DNA of 64,000 bases from Acidobacteriota bacterium (GCA_003223645.1 QHVT01000006.1:340967-404966), one strand, 5' to 3'. Counted from the first letter of the stretch, positions 53,188 to 63,341 are shown. Translations and numbers: made by a program. The notes: a model not told the origin generated them from the letters alone.

Positions 53188-54000
53188 CTAATTCACGATC
53201 CACGACGCCAGCCTCTTTTCGAGAAACGCCTTCATGCCTTCCTGTCCTTCTTCCGACACGCGCCGCTCGGCGATCGCCTCGATCGTGTACGGAATTGCAT
53301 CGACGAGCTCGTGCGATACGACGTGTGCGATCAGCTTCTTGCACTCGCGCACGGCTTCCGGTCCCGCGGTCTTGAGCTGCGTGACCGTTTCGTAGACCGC
53401 AGCGTCGAGCTCTTCGATCGTGTCGACGGTGCGATGCACGAGTCCGATGCGCAGCGCGCGCTCCGCTTCGAAGCGCTCGCCGGTGAGGAAGAGCGCGCGC
53501 GCGTGCGTCTCGCCGATCTTCGCGATCACGTACGGTGAGATCAGCGCGGGGAGGATGCCGAGCTTCACTTCGGAGAGTCCGAACTTCGCGTCGCTCATCG
53601 CGATCGCGATGTCGCAGACCGCGGCGAGTCCGACGCCTCCGCCGATCGCGGCGCCCTGAATACGTCCGACGATCGGCAGCGGACAGGAATTCATCAGCGC
53701 GAACAGCTTCGCGACGTGCGAGGAGTCGCGCACGTTTTCGTCGCGCGTGTACGCGACCATGCGCGACATCCAATTCAGGTCCGCGCCCGCGCAGAACGTT
53801 TTGCCCGCGCCCTTGATCACGATCGCGCGAGCCGCATCGGTGTCGACATGTTCGAACAAGTCGACCGCCTCCGCGATCAGTTCATCGTTGAACGCGTTGT
53901 GCACCTCGGGGCGGTTGAGAGTGACGGTGAGAACTCCGTCGGCAAGCTCGACGAGGAGTGTGTTGTACGCCATACGACGCGGATTGTAGTGGAGCTGCAT
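53188..54000 (-). CDS. Enoyl-CoA hydratase/isomerase family (methylglutaconyl-CoA hydratase-like)
   Basis: Crotonase fold motifs KTFCAGADL, GAAIGGGVGLAAVCD; start may be the second Met (53973). Confidence 0.75.
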   Translation of the reverse strand: MQLHYNPRRMAYNTLLVELADGVLTVTLNRPEVHNAFNDELIAEAVDLFEHVDTDAARAIVIKGAGKTFCAGADLNWMSRMVAYTRDENVRDSSHVAKLFALMNSCPLPIVGRIQGAAIGGGVGLAAVCDIAIAMSDAKFGLSEVKLGILPALISPYVIAKIGETHARALFLTGERFEAERALRIGLVHRTVDTIEELDAAVYETVTQLKTAGPEAVRECKKLIAHVVSHELVDAIPYTIEAIAERRVSEEGQEGMKAFLEKRLASWIVN

Positions 54001-54038
54001 GTGGTGACCGCTGCCTCAGCGGTCATCACATGAGCAAT

Positions 54039-56261
54039 CTAATGTCGCACGCTGCGAGCGCGCGGCGGAGTTGCCTGTCCGAAGAATGCCTGGAACCAGT
54101 AGTCGGGCTCGACGCCCAGTGTCCCGTTGGGCTCGATCTTCAACGTGATCGTCGTTCCCGGCACTTTGCTTCCGAGCGGAACCGCGCCCGTCGAGTACGG
54201 CGGCACGTCGACGATGGCGAACTGACCGCCGCCCGTGAGCGTTGCGCGCAGAGGCGTGTCGCCGGTGTTGTGGATGTCGACGAGCGTCGTGCTGTTCAAC
54301 GTCAACTGGAACTTGTAGAAGTCGACGTCGCCGGCCGTGCAGAAGCCGCCGTAGATCTTCGCGTTGTCGACGATGTTGCCCCATGCGGTCGCGCTCGTGT
54401 CGTTCGGCTCCTGCACGTCGGCGCACGGACGCGCGCCGCGCGCGGTCGTGACGATCGTCGCGCTCTGCGGTCCCTGTGGAACATTCGTGCCGGTGACGAC
54501 GATGCGATACGCGCCGGGAGCGGCGTTCGCGATCTCGACCATCTCGGTGTTGTCGATGGTGTTCACGCCGCGTGTGGCGACGGCGTCGACGTGATTCTTG
54601 TCGAGGACGTACGGCAAGTACGTGGTGCCGGTCGGTCCGATGATCTTGAGATCGAGATCATTCACCAGCGCCGGTGCAGTCGAGACCTGATTTTCAGGAA
54701 GAAACTTCGGCGGATCGGGCCACTGCAACACGACGCGCAGGTTCTGCGTCGATTGCACGACCACCGGCATCTCGAATTGCTGTTTGTCCGCGAGCGTGAT
54801 CGAGCGGATGCGATTGTGAGCGCCGTGATCGGCGACGATGAGATCGACCGAGTCCTTCGCGTTCACCATGCCGAAGCCGTAGGTGTAATCGGGACCGGGA
54901 TTGCCGAGGTCATTGGTGCCGGCGATGATCAGCGCCTTCAGCTCTTCCGGCTTCGGATTGGTCGCAAACGTGCGGCGCCACTGCTCGGTCACGAGCGCAG
55001 CCACTCCCGTGACCACCGGCGCTGCCATCGAAGTACCAGACAGACTGCCATAGGAATTGGTAGGAAAACTGGAAAAGACGCTGGCACCGCGCGCCACGAC
55101 TTCCGGCTTGATGCGTCCGTCTTTCGCTGGACCGCGCGAGCTGAGGCCGAGGATCTCGACGTTTGTGCTGACGGCACCGACGGTGAGGACGTTCTTGGCG
55201 GAACCGGAAACCGAGATCGTGTCGAACGGCTGCGCCGCGTGATGCTTCGTCGTCTCGCAGCTCGTGCACGGCAACGGGCAGTCGCTGCCGCTGCTGTTCT
55301 TCGAGTAGCAGAAGACCTGATCGGTGATCACGGCGTTGGTTGACGCGTTGCGATGACGATGCTCGTTCCATGTTCCGCCGGGGCCGTCATCCGCTTCGTT
55401 GCCGGATGAATGAACGAAAAGCACTCCCTTGTCGCGCGAGATCTGATCGAGCGGCGCGGAGTATTCATAGTCGTACGCACCGAAGTACTCGGAGTTGTTG
55501 TCCCACACCGGATAGCCGCCGACGGGCGCGCTCCAGCCGATGACGAATCCCCAGGAGTTGTTGTCGGCGACGACGCCGCGCGACGCGAGCTCGTTGGTCT
55601 TCGTCGCGTTGTAGAGCGCCTCGCCGTTCGGTCCGAGCTCCGCCTTGAACTGATAGATCGTCGCGTTCGGCGCCATTCCTTTCGCGGAGGGATTCAAGCC
55701 CGACGCGGCGATCGTGCCGGCGACGTGCGTCGCGTGCGCCTGATCGCCCGTCGCGCCGCCCGTCGTCATCACGTTGAAGCGTCCGCCGAACTCGATGTGC
55801 GACGACTGCCCTGCCGCGAGCTCGAACTGCGAGACGACGACACCCGCGCCCGACAATCCATACGGCGCGGCCTGCAACTCCGTCACGTGTGCGAGCGACG
55901 CGGACACGGCGTTGTGAGTTTTCAACTGGAAGTGACGCGAGCCGCCGATCATCCGCACGCGCTCATCGTTCGCGAGCGCGTTCAAGGACGGCGGCGCGAT
56001 CTTCGCCGTGATCTCGCGCGTCGATCCGAAGTCGGTCGCGAAGATGTCGTCGAGCGCGCCGCCGGCGGCGAGAATCGCCGCGCGCGCGTCGTCGAACGAC
56101 ACATTGTCCTTGAAGTAGACGTTGACGCGCGCGAATGCTTCGGCGCGCGCGGCCGCGCGGTACGCGGAGGGCTGGATCTTGTCCTCAGTGAAGCGGTCGG
56201 CGGCCGGAGCGGCCGCCGCTCCACTGAGGGAGACGACTAACGCGAAAACGAGGACGCGCAT
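54039..56261 (-). CDS. S8-like subtilase with C-terminal pre-peptidase-type domain, secreted; catalytic Asp position non-canonical
   Basis: Signal peptide; His motif HATHVAGTIAA, oxyanion SSGNEADDG, Ser motif GTSMAAPVVTG; expected V-x-V-I-D-T/S-G replaced by VVVSQFE. Confidence 0.7.
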   Translation of the reverse strand: MRVLVFALVVSLSGAAAAPAADRFTEDKIQPSAYRAAARAEAFARVNVYFKDNVSFDDARAAILAAGGALDDIFATDFGSTREITAKIAPPSLNALANDERVRMIGGSRHFQLKTHNAVSASLAHVTELQAAPYGLSGAGVVVSQFELAAGQSSHIEFGGRFNVMTTGGATGDQAHATHVAGTIAASGLNPSAKGMAPNATIYQFKAELGPNGEALYNATKTNELASRGVVADNNSWGFVIGWSAPVGGYPVWDNNSEYFGAYDYEYSAPLDQISRDKGVLFVHSSGNEADDGPGGTWNEHRHRNASTNAVITDQVFCYSKNSSGSDCPLPCTSCETTKHHAAQPFDTISVSGSAKNVLTVGAVSTNVEILGLSSRGPAKDGRIKPEVVARGASVFSSFPTNSYGSLSGTSMAAPVVTGVAALVTEQWRRTFATNPKPEELKALIIAGTNDLGNPGPDYTYGFGMVNAKDSVDLIVADHGAHNRIRSITLADKQQFEMPVVVQSTQNLRVVLQWPDPPKFLPENQVSTAPALVNDLDLKIIGPTGTTYLPYVLDKNHVDAVATRGVNTIDNTEMVEIANAAPGAYRIVVTGTNVPQGPQSATIVTTARGARPCADVQEPNDTSATAWGNIVDNAKIYGGFCTAGDVDFYKFQLTLNSTTLVDIHNTGDTPLRATLTGGGQFAIVDVPPYSTGAVPLGSKVPGTTITLKIEPNGTLGVEPDYWFQAFFGQATPPRARSVRH

Positions 56262-56265
56262 GTCG

Positions 56266-58695
56266 TTAGTGATGGCTCGCGCGATGCTTCGTTCCTGCGA
56301 ACTGGCCGAATGCGAGCGTCAGCTTGTACGTCGGGTTCGAGCCGATCGCCGCCGTGGCCTCGATCTTCAGCGTCACGTTGAATGCCGGCGCCTGCGCGCT
56401 GCCGCTGCCGTACTGCAGGCTGACCGTCTTCGTCTGTCCCGCCGGAATGTCGACGCTGGAGGTCGAGCCGTCCTGTCCGGACAGCGTCGCTTTCAGCGGC
56501 GTGTCGCCGGCCTGAATCGTCGCGGTGATCGGACCGAACTTCGTCGCCTGGAACTTGAAGAAGTCGACGTCGCCCGCGCTGCAGATTGCGCCGCTGAGCG
56601 TTCCCGGCGGCACGTTGCCCCACGCGCTCTCGGCCGAATTGTTCGGCTCCTGCAGGTCGCTGCACGGCGTGACGGAAGCGGCTTTCGCGTTCGTGATCAC
56701 GACCGCGGTCTGCGGACCCTGATTCACTCTCGAGCCGGTGACGATGACGCGGTAGACGCCGGGAGTCGCATTCGCGATCTCGACCAGCTCCGTGTTGTCG
56801 GTGTTGTTCACGCCCTTCGTCGCGGGATTCTCGTAGTTCACTTTGTCGAGCACGTACGGCAGGTAGGTCGTGCCGTCCGGTCCGATGACCTGCACGTCGA
56901 GATCGTTCACAAGGGCCTTGGCCTGGAACGAATCGTTGCCGAGAAGCACGACCGTCGGATCGGCCCACGTCACGAGCACTTTCAACTTCTGCGTCGCGGT
57001 GACGGTGACGGCGCGCTCGACGCGCGTGCCCTGCGAGATGTTCACGTTCGCGATCTGGCCGCGCGTGCCGCCGTCGCCGATGATGAGGTCCGCCGACGCC
57101 TTCGCGTTGATGAGACCGAAGCCGTAGATGTAATCGGGACCGGTGTTGCCGAGGTCGTCGGCGCCGGCGAGGATGACGCCGCGGAGCTCCGCGACTGTCG
57201 CCTTGCCGTTGAATGTCTTCTGCCACTGCTCGCCGAGAAGCGCGGAGATGCCGGTGACGACCGGCGAGGCCATCGATGTGCCGCTCAGCGTCTGGTACGT
57301 GCTGCCCGGCCACGTCGACAGGAGATTGCGTCCGCGCGCGGTAATGTCGGGCTTCACGCGTCCGTCTTTCGCCGGACCGCGCGAGCTGAACGATGCGATC
57401 GACGGCGGATTGGTCGTCGTCTGCAGCGCTCCGACGGCGAGCACGTTCTTCGCGGCGCCGGTGACCGTCATCGTGTCCCACGGCGTCTGGTTGTGATGCA
57501 TCACCAGCTCGCATCCGGCATTGCACGGGACGGCCGGGCAATCGGTGCCGCTGCCGTTGAGCGTCACGCAGAATTCCTTCGTCGTATCGGCGTCGCCATT
57601 GTCGTCGGCGTGATAGTGCTCGCGCCATCCGCTCTGAAATTGTGGGAACTGTCCGTCATTGCCGGCGGAGAAAACGAGCAGCGTTCCGTACGTCGCGGTG
57701 ATGTCGTCGTACACGAGCGTCGCGCCCGGATCGTACGCACCGTAGTACACATCTTGATCGAGCCACAGCGGGATGTCGGTGTCGCACTGGTCGCACCAGC
57801 CGAGTGGGAATCCGAGGGAGGTGTTGTTGGCGACGGGATGGAGCGCGGCCAGGTTCGTATTGAGCGCGTGGAGATGGCTGCCGATCGATCCGCCGACGTT
57901 GAACTCGCGGATCTGAACGTTCGGCGCCATTCCCTTCGCCAGGGGATTCACGCCCGACGCGCCGATCGTGCCGGAGACGTGCGTCGAGTGTTGTCCGTTT
58001 TGCGCGGTTCCGCCTGCGACGAGGCGTCCGCCGAATTCGGGGTGCGTGCTCTGTGCGTCGCTGAGCTCCGACACCATGACGATCTGTCCCGCTCCGCTGA
58101 GGTTGTACGGCGCCGCATAAACGTCGGTCACATGCGACAGCTGCGCGGCGATCGCGTTGTCTTCGACGAAGTGCGAGCGAATGCGTCCGGAGATCGCGAG
58201 CACGTTCTCATCGGCGGCGAGCGCGTTGAGCGACGACGGCGCGATGCGCGCGTTGACGACGTGCGACGGCCCGTAGTTCGACGTGAAGAAGTCGTCGAGC
58301 GTGGCGCCGGCGGCGAGCACCGACTTGCGAGCGTCGTCGAGTGCGACGTCCTGATGGAAGATGACGGTGACGTCGCCCGCGCGGCGCGCGGAGCCGTAAA
58401 TCTTGTGCTCCGCCGTCATTGGTTCGACGGACGCAATCCGCGCATCCTCAGCGAATCGAGCCGAAGGCGCGACGCGCGCGATGTAGCGCCCGCCGGTGAG
58501 CGGCCGCTGGATCTCGATTCCTTCCGCGAGCAGATCGGCGCGGTCCTGTTCGGTCAGCGGTGCGGCGGGACTGAGGATCATGTGCCGCGCGCGATCGAAG
58601 TCGCGGTTCAGCTGCGGATCCGTTTCATTTTTCGTCGCCGCGAACGCGGTGGTGGCGATGAGGGAGGCGAACAGCAGAGTCGAGAGTCGGCGCAT
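56266..58695 (-). CDS. S8-like subtilase paralog (tandem duplicate), secreted
   Basis: Start MRRLSTLLFASLIATTAFA (ATG 58695); HSTHVSGTIGA, SAGNDG, GTSMASPVVTG; Asp region reads IVMVSELSD. Confidence 0.7.
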   Translation of the reverse strand: MRRLSTLLFASLIATTAFAATKNETDPQLNRDFDRARHMILSPAAPLTEQDRADLLAEGIEIQRPLTGGRYIARVAPSARFAEDARIASVEPMTAEHKIYGSARRAGDVTVIFHQDVALDDARKSVLAAGATLDDFFTSNYGPSHVVNARIAPSSLNALAADENVLAISGRIRSHFVEDNAIAAQLSHVTDVYAAPYNLSGAGQIVMVSELSDAQSTHPEFGGRLVAGGTAQNGQHSTHVSGTIGASGVNPLAKGMAPNVQIREFNVGGSIGSHLHALNTNLAALHPVANNTSLGFPLGWCDQCDTDIPLWLDQDVYYGAYDPGATLVYDDITATYGTLLVFSAGNDGQFPQFQSGWREHYHADDNGDADTTKEFCVTLNGSGTDCPAVPCNAGCELVMHHNQTPWDTMTVTGAAKNVLAVGALQTTTNPPSIASFSSRGPAKDGRVKPDITARGRNLLSTWPGSTYQTLSGTSMASPVVTGISALLGEQWQKTFNGKATVAELRGVILAGADDLGNTGPDYIYGFGLINAKASADLIIGDGGTRGQIANVNISQGTRVERAVTVTATQKLKVLVTWADPTVVLLGNDSFQAKALVNDLDVQVIGPDGTTYLPYVLDKVNYENPATKGVNNTDNTELVEIANATPGVYRVIVTGSRVNQGPQTAVVITNAKAASVTPCSDLQEPNNSAESAWGNVPPGTLSGAICSAGDVDFFKFQATKFGPITATIQAGDTPLKATLSGQDGSTSSVDIPAGQTKTVSLQYGSGSAQAPAFNVTLKIEATAAIGSNPTYKLTLAFGQFAGTKHRASHH

Positions 58696-58724
58696 AGTTG
58701 TTTTGTCGATCGATCGAGAATTCG

Positions 58725-58810
58725 TGGTGCCCGAGGCCGGACTCGAACCGGCACGGCCTTGCAACCGGAGGTTTTTGAGACCTCTGCGTCTACCATTCCG
58801 CCACTCGGGC
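58725..58810 (-). tRNA. tRNA-Leu (anticodon CAA), type II with long variable arm
   Basis: Reverse complement GCCCGAGTGGCGGAATGGTAGACGCAGAGGTCTCAAAAACCTCCGGTTGCAAGGCCGTGCCGGTTCGAGTCCGGCCTCGGGCACCA; anticodon stem GAGGT/ACCTC, loop CTCAAAA. Confidence 0.85.
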
Positions 58811-58816
58811 ATTGTT

Positions 58817-58895
58817 GGATGGCGGATGGCGGATGGCGGATGGCAAGTCTTACGACTCGCTTTTCGCCATCTGCCATCTGCCATCTGCCATCTGC
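58817..58895. repeat. Tandem-heptamer hairpin repeat (GGATGGC x4 ... GCCATCT x4)
   Basis: GGATGGCGGATGGCGGATGGCGGATGGCAAGTCTTACGACTCGCTTTTCGCCATCTGCCATCTGCCATCTGCCATCTGC; right arm encodes last 14 codons (QMADGRWQMAKSES) and stop of upstream gene. Confidence 0.85.
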
Positions 58896-60133
58896 TTCTC
58901 CTTCCATCGCTCCGCGGTCGAGCGGATCTCATCATCCGTCAATACGCGGTTCGTGGACTTTGCAAGTTGGAAAATATCCTTTGCGAGCTCTTCTTCCTGC
59001 GGGTAACCGTGCGCGGCCAGCCAATAGATCACGTTGGAGAGCCCACACATGGGCCCGACTTCGATGACCTGCTGCAGACCGAACATTCCCGCCGGAACTC
59101 CGCTGTAAACACGGTCGGCGAGCCACTCGCTTCCCTTCTTTTTCGCTTTGATGATCGCCGCGGCGTGAACGCCGGTCCCTGTGCGGAACGCATCGCGCCC
59201 AAATACCGGATAACGATCGTCCAACGGCACGCGCGTCACCTGTGACACGAAGTTCACGTATTCGGGCAATGCGGTGAGATCGTTGTCGATCCACCCCATC
59301 AGTTTGAGGTTGACCATCAGGAGATCGATCGGCGTGTTGCCGACGCGCTCGCCAATGCCGGCCGCGCATCCGTGCACGCGGTCCGCGCCGGCCTCGAGCG
59401 CAGCGATGCAGTTGATGATGCCCATCGCGCGATCCTGATGTCCGTGCCAGTCGACTTTCACGTTCGGGTTCAAGCGGTCCACTAATTGACGAACGAAACG
59501 TACGACGTTGCGCGTGCCCCACGGCGTCGCGTGACCGACGGTGTCGGCGATGCAGATGCGCACCGCGCCCGCGTCGATCGCGGCGCTGTAAAGCTTCTCG
59601 ATCGCTTCCGGTGTCGCACGCGTCGTGTCTTCTGTTACGTACATCACCGGGATGCCGTTGTCGGTCGCGAAGCGGACGGCCTTCGCCGACTGCGCGATGA
59701 TCCAGTCGAGGTCCCACTCTTCCGCGAACTGGCGGATCGGTGACGAGCCGATGAAAAGATCGGCCTCGATGGCGATGCCGACGCGCTGCGAGATGTCGAT
59801 GATCGGCTTGATGTCGTTCTCGTGCGTGCGGCCGGCGGCGCTCGGATAGACGGAGAGTTTCTGATCGACGATCTCGCGCGCGATCCGCTCGACCGTGCGC
59901 TGCACGTGCGGTCCCGCGCCGGGCAGACCGATGTCGGCGTTGTCGACGCCGATCGCGTGCATGAAGTGGATGATGCGGAGCTTGTCCTCGATCGACGGAT
60001 CGGTGACGGACGGCGACTGCAGCCCGTCGCGCAGGGTCTCGTCGTCAAACTCGACCTTGCGCGCAGGCTTCGCGGGTTGCTCGCCTTGCACGTTCCAGTC
60101 GTAGATCAGGTGCTCGAGGGTTTCCATCGTCAC
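58850..60133 (-). CDS. LeuA/NifV/CimA-family DRE-TIM metallolyase (2-isopropylmalate / homocitrate / citramalate synthase-like)
   Basis: LRDGLQ, HFHND-like HGHQD, DTVG motifs; GTG start at 60133 (ATG 2 codons later). Confidence 0.7.
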   Translation of the reverse strand: MTMETLEHLIYDWNVQGEQPAKPARKVEFDDETLRDGLQSPSVTDPSIEDKLRIIHFMHAIGVDNADIGLPGAGPHVQRTVERIAREIVDQKLSVYPSAAGRTHENDIKPIIDISQRVGIAIEADLFIGSSPIRQFAEEWDLDWIIAQSAKAVRFATDNGIPVMYVTEDTTRATPEAIEKLYSAAIDAGAVRICIADTVGHATPWGTRNVVRFVRQLVDRLNPNVKVDWHGHQDRAMGIINCIAALEAGADRVHGCAAGIGERVGNTPIDLLMVNLKLMGWIDNDLTALPEYVNFVSQVTRVPLDDRYPVFGRDAFRTGTGVHAAAIIKAKKKGSEWLADRVYSGVPAGMFGLQQVIEVGPMCGLSNVIYWLAAHGYPQEEELAKDIFQLAKSTNRVLTDDEIRSTAERWKEKQMADGRWQMAKSES

Positions 60134-60140
60134 TCTTCAC

Positions 60141-60236
60141 AGTTTATCCCGCGCGCAGGCGCGGGATCTCGAGATCAACCCGACAGGCGAGTGTCGCGCG
60201 GTGCTACCGGAGATCCCGCGTCTGCGCGCGGGATCA
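60141..60236. repeat. Paired inverted copies of the TTTATCCCGCGCG hairpin element
   Basis: AGTTTATCCCGCGCGCAGGCGCGGGATCTCGAG ... GAGATCCCGCGTCTGCGCGCGGGATCAAGTAAAC. Confidence 0.75.
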
Positions 60237-60243
60237 AGTAAAC

Positions 60244-61020
60244 CTACGCGCCTTTGAACTGCGCCGCCCGCTTCTCGATGAACGCCTTCATCCCTTCTTT
60301 CGTGTCTTCTGTCGCGCAGAGCAACCCAAACAGTGTCGCTTCAAGGAACTGTCCCTCTTCAAACGGCATTTCACTGCCGCTCATGACGGCCTCGATCGCG
60401 GCGGTGACGGCGAGCGGTCCCCGAGACATGATTCGACGCGCCAGCTCCTCGCACGTTTGCATCAGCTGATCGAGCGGGACGACTTTGTTCACCAGTCCGA
60501 TGCGCTCCGCTTCGCTCGCATCGATGCGGTCGCCGCTCAGAATCAACTCCAGCGCTTTCCCTTTTCCGAGAAGCCGCGCCATCCGCTGCGTTCCGCCGTA
60601 TCCCGGAATGATCCCGAGCGTGACTTCCGGCAGCCCGAGCTTCGCGTTCTCCGACGCGATGCGAATGTGACACGCGAGCGCGAGCTCGCATCCCCCGCCG
60701 AGAGCGAAGCCGTTGACGGCGGCGATGACCGGCTTCGGGAAGCGCTCGATCGCGATGAAAATGCGCTGCCCTTTTTCGGCTGTCGTCTTTCCGGTGATCG
60801 CGTTGCACTGCGCGAGCTCGTTGATGTCCGCGCCGGCGACGAAGGCTTTTTCCCCGGCGCCGGTGAGGATGACGGCCTTGACCGCTTCATCAAAACGCGC
60901 CACATGAAACGCCTCCCCGATTTCAGCGATTGTCTGCGCATTGAGCGCGTTGAGAACTTTGGGGCGATCAACTGTGATGATCAGGATGCCGTCTTTGTTT
61001 TCTGTTTTTATGTTTTCCAT
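60244..61020 (-). CDS. Enoyl-CoA hydratase (crotonase family; crt-like)
   Basis: 258 aa from MENIKTENKDG; KAFVAGADI, GFALGGGCELALACHIRIAS motifs. Confidence 0.8.
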   Translation of the reverse strand: MENIKTENKDGILIITVDRPKVLNALNAQTIAEIGEAFHVARFDEAVKAVILTGAGEKAFVAGADINELAQCNAITGKTTAEKGQRIFIAIERFPKPVIAAVNGFALGGGCELALACHIRIASENAKLGLPEVTLGIIPGYGGTQRMARLLGKGKALELILSGDRIDASEAERIGLVNKVVPLDQLMQTCEELARRIMSRGPLAVTAAIEAVMSGSEMPFEEGQFLEATLFGLLCATEDTKEGMKAFIEKRAAQFKGA

Positions 61021-61037
61021 TTGCTGTGCACTCTCTT

Positions 61038-61143
61038 CCCGTGCCCGCGCCCGTGCCCGCTCCCGCGCCCGGGGCGGGTGGCGAGCGAAGCGACTTCGTG
61101 CCCCCACCCCGAGCGCGGAAGCGGGCACGGGCTCGGGCGCGGG
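61038..61143. repeat. GC-rich tandem-unit palindrome (CCCGTGCCCGCGC-type units and reverse complements)
   Basis: CCCGTGCCCGCGCCCGTGCCCGCTCCCGCGCCCGGGGCGGG ... CCCCGAGCGCGGAAGCGGGCACGGGCTCGGGCGCGGGAG between hbd and crt genes. Confidence 0.75.
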
Positions 61144-61147
61144 AGAA

Positions 61148-62032
61148 TCAAAGACCTGAGAAAGAACCGATTACTTTTCCGTCCGCGTAGTCATAAAAAC
61201 CCGCATTGGTTTTGCGGCCGTAGCGGCCGGCCAGAACCATGCGTTTGAGCAGCGGCGGCGACGCGAAGCGCTTTTCCTGATACTCCTCGTACATCACGTG
61301 GGTGATGTAGTACGTCGTGTCGAGGCCGACGAAGTCGAGGAGTTGGAAGGGGCCCATCGGGTAGTTGCAGCCGAGGACCATGGCCTTGTCGATGTCTTCG
61401 ATCGAGCCGACGCCTTCTTCGTACGCGCGGATGGCGTCGAGGATGTAGGGAACGAGCAGGCGATTGACGATGAAGCCGGAGTTGTCGCGGCACGAGACCG
61501 GGTCTTTGCCGAGGCTCTTCGCAAATTCGTAGGCGGTGTTGAAGGATTCGTCGGTCGTGAGAATCGTGCGCACGACTTCGACGAGTTTCATGAGCGGCAC
61601 GGGATTGAAGAAATGCAGGCCGACGAACTGCTTCGGACGCGCGGTCGCCATGGAGAGCTCGGTGATCGTCAGCGACGACGTGTTGGACGCGAAGATCGCC
61701 TCCGGCTTCACGATCTTGTCGAGCTCCGCGTACGTCTCGCGTTTGAGCTTCGCGTTCTCGATGATCGCCTCGATCACGATGTCGCAGTCGGCGAGCGCCT
61801 CGAGGCTCGTGCTTCCCTGGAGGCGCAACAGCGTCGCGTCCATGTCGGCCTGCGCCATCTTCCCCTTCTCGACGAACTTGCCGAGGGATTTCTGGATGCC
61901 GCCGAGTCCCTTGTCGATGAACTTCTGCTCCACTTCGCGGACGACGACGTCATATCCCGCCTGCGCCGCGACTTGAGCGATGCCCGAGCCCATGAGGCCG
62001 CAGCCGAGCACGCCCACCTTTTTGATTGCCAT
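61148..62032 (-). CDS. hbd: 3-hydroxybutyryl-CoA dehydrogenase
   Basis: NAD-binding VGVLGCGLMGSGIAQV; 3-hydroxyacyl-CoA DH motifs FFNPVPLMKLVEV, GFIVNRLL. Confidence 0.85.
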   Translation of the reverse strand: MAIKKVGVLGCGLMGSGIAQVAAQAGYDVVVREVEQKFIDKGLGGIQKSLGKFVEKGKMAQADMDATLLRLQGSTSLEALADCDIVIEAIIENAKLKRETYAELDKIVKPEAIFASNTSSLTITELSMATARPKQFVGLHFFNPVPLMKLVEVVRTILTTDESFNTAYEFAKSLGKDPVSCRDNSGFIVNRLLVPYILDAIRAYEEGVGSIEDIDKAMVLGCNYPMGPFQLLDFVGLDTTYYITHVMYEEYQEKRFASPPLLKRMVLAGRYGRKTNAGFYDYADGKVIGSFSGL

Positions 62033-62080
62033 GTCAGAACTCCTGTTCGGAAAGTCGGGCGCATTCTAAGCGAAGGATGA

Positions 62081-62162
62081 AAGCAGAAGGCAGAAGGCAG
62101 AAGTGAGAAGTTAGCCGTTCTCATTTCTTACTTCTGCCTTCTGCCCTCTGCCTTCTGCCTTC
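62081..62162. repeat. Tandem-heptamer hairpin repeat (GCAGAAG units)
   Basis: AAGCAGAAGGCAGAAGGCAGAAGTGAGAAGTTAGCCGTTCTCATTTCTTACTTCTGCCTTCTGCCCTCTGCCTTCTGCCTTC in divergent intergenic region. Confidence 0.85.
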
Positions 62163-62181
62163 ATTCGCTATCCTTGCACCC

Positions 62182-63336
62182 GTGTCGCAACGGAAGTTAA
62201 AACCCCAGGTCCTCCTCTTCGGCCTCGTCTCGCTCCTCAACGACTCCGCGAGCGAGATGATTTATCCGCTCCTCCCCGTCTTCCTCACGTCGACCCTCGG
62301 CGCGTCGCCGGCGGTCATCGGGCTGATCGAGGGCGCAGCCGACGGGCTCGCGTCGATTCTCAAATACTTCGCCGGCTCGTGGTCGGATCGACTGCAGCGC
62401 CGCAAGCCGCTCGTCGTGTGGGGATACGCGCTCGCGGCGGCGTCGCGCGCGCTCATCGCGGCGGCGACGATGTGGCCGGTGGTGTTGACCGCGCGTCTCA
62501 TCGATCGCACGGGCAAAGGCATCCGCTCTGCTCCGCGCGACGCGATGATCTCGGACGTCACGCCGCGCGAAGAGCGCGGACGTGCGTTCGGATTTCAGCG
62601 CGCGCTCGACCACACCGGCGCGGTCATCGGTCCGCTGATGGCCATGCTGGTGATGAGCGGAATCGGCTTGTCGCTGCGCACGACGATCTATCTCGCGGTG
62701 ATTCCGGGCGCGATCGGGGTGCTGTTGCTGCTCGTGTTCCTGCGCGAAGAGCCGCGCGAGCCGCGCACGACGCCGAGCAGCGAATCGTCAACGCGTTTAC
62801 CTTCGACGTTCACGCACGCCATCTTCGCAATCGCGCTCTTCTCCCTCGCGAACTCGAGCGACGCGTTCCTGCTGCTGCAGGCGCACGCGATGGGCGTCAC
62901 GACCGCGCTGCTGCCGCTGCTGTGGGCCGCGCATCACGTGATCAAGTCGCTCTTCACCACCGCCGCGGGCGGACTCTCCGATCGCGTCGACCGCCGCTGG
63001 CTGCTCGTCGCGGGATGGACGTCGTACGCGATCATCTACGCCGCGTTTCCCTACGCGCGCACGCTCACCGCGTTCTTCGTCCTCTTCATCGTCTACGCGA
63101 TCCCATTCACGCTCGCCGAAGGCGCGGAGCGCGCGTGGATCGCCGATCTCGTTCCCGCCGACGCGCGCGGAAAATCCTTCGGCATCTACTACCTCGCCAA
63201 CGGAATGTGCGTCCTCGCGGGAACGGCGATCTTCGGCGTGATGTATCAGGAGATCTCGCCGCGCGCGGCGTTCTCCACGGGAGCTGCGCTGGCGATCGCG
63301 GCAGTCGTCGCGGTGCTGGCCACGCGTCGTCGCTGA
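62182..63336 (+). CDS. MFS transporter
   Basis: GTG start; 12 predicted TM; DRLQRRKP motif after TM2. Confidence 0.75.
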   Translation: MSQRKLKPQVLLFGLVSLLNDSASEMIYPLLPVFLTSTLGASPAVIGLIEGAADGLASILKYFAGSWSDRLQRRKPLVVWGYALAAASRALIAAATMWPVVLTARLIDRTGKGIRSAPRDAMISDVTPREERGRAFGFQRALDHTGAVIGPLMAMLVMSGIGLSLRTTIYLAVIPGAIGVLLLLVFLREEPREPRTTPSSESSTRLPSTFTHAIFAIALFSLANSSDAFLLLQAHAMGVTTALLPLLWAAHHVIKSLFTTAAGGLSDRVDRRWLLVAGWTSYAIIYAAFPYARTLTAFFVLFIVYAIPFTLAEGAERAWIADLVPADARGKSFGIYYLANGMCVLAGTAIFGVMYQEISPRAAFSTGAALAIAAVVAVLATRRR

Positions 63337-63341
63337 ACTAT

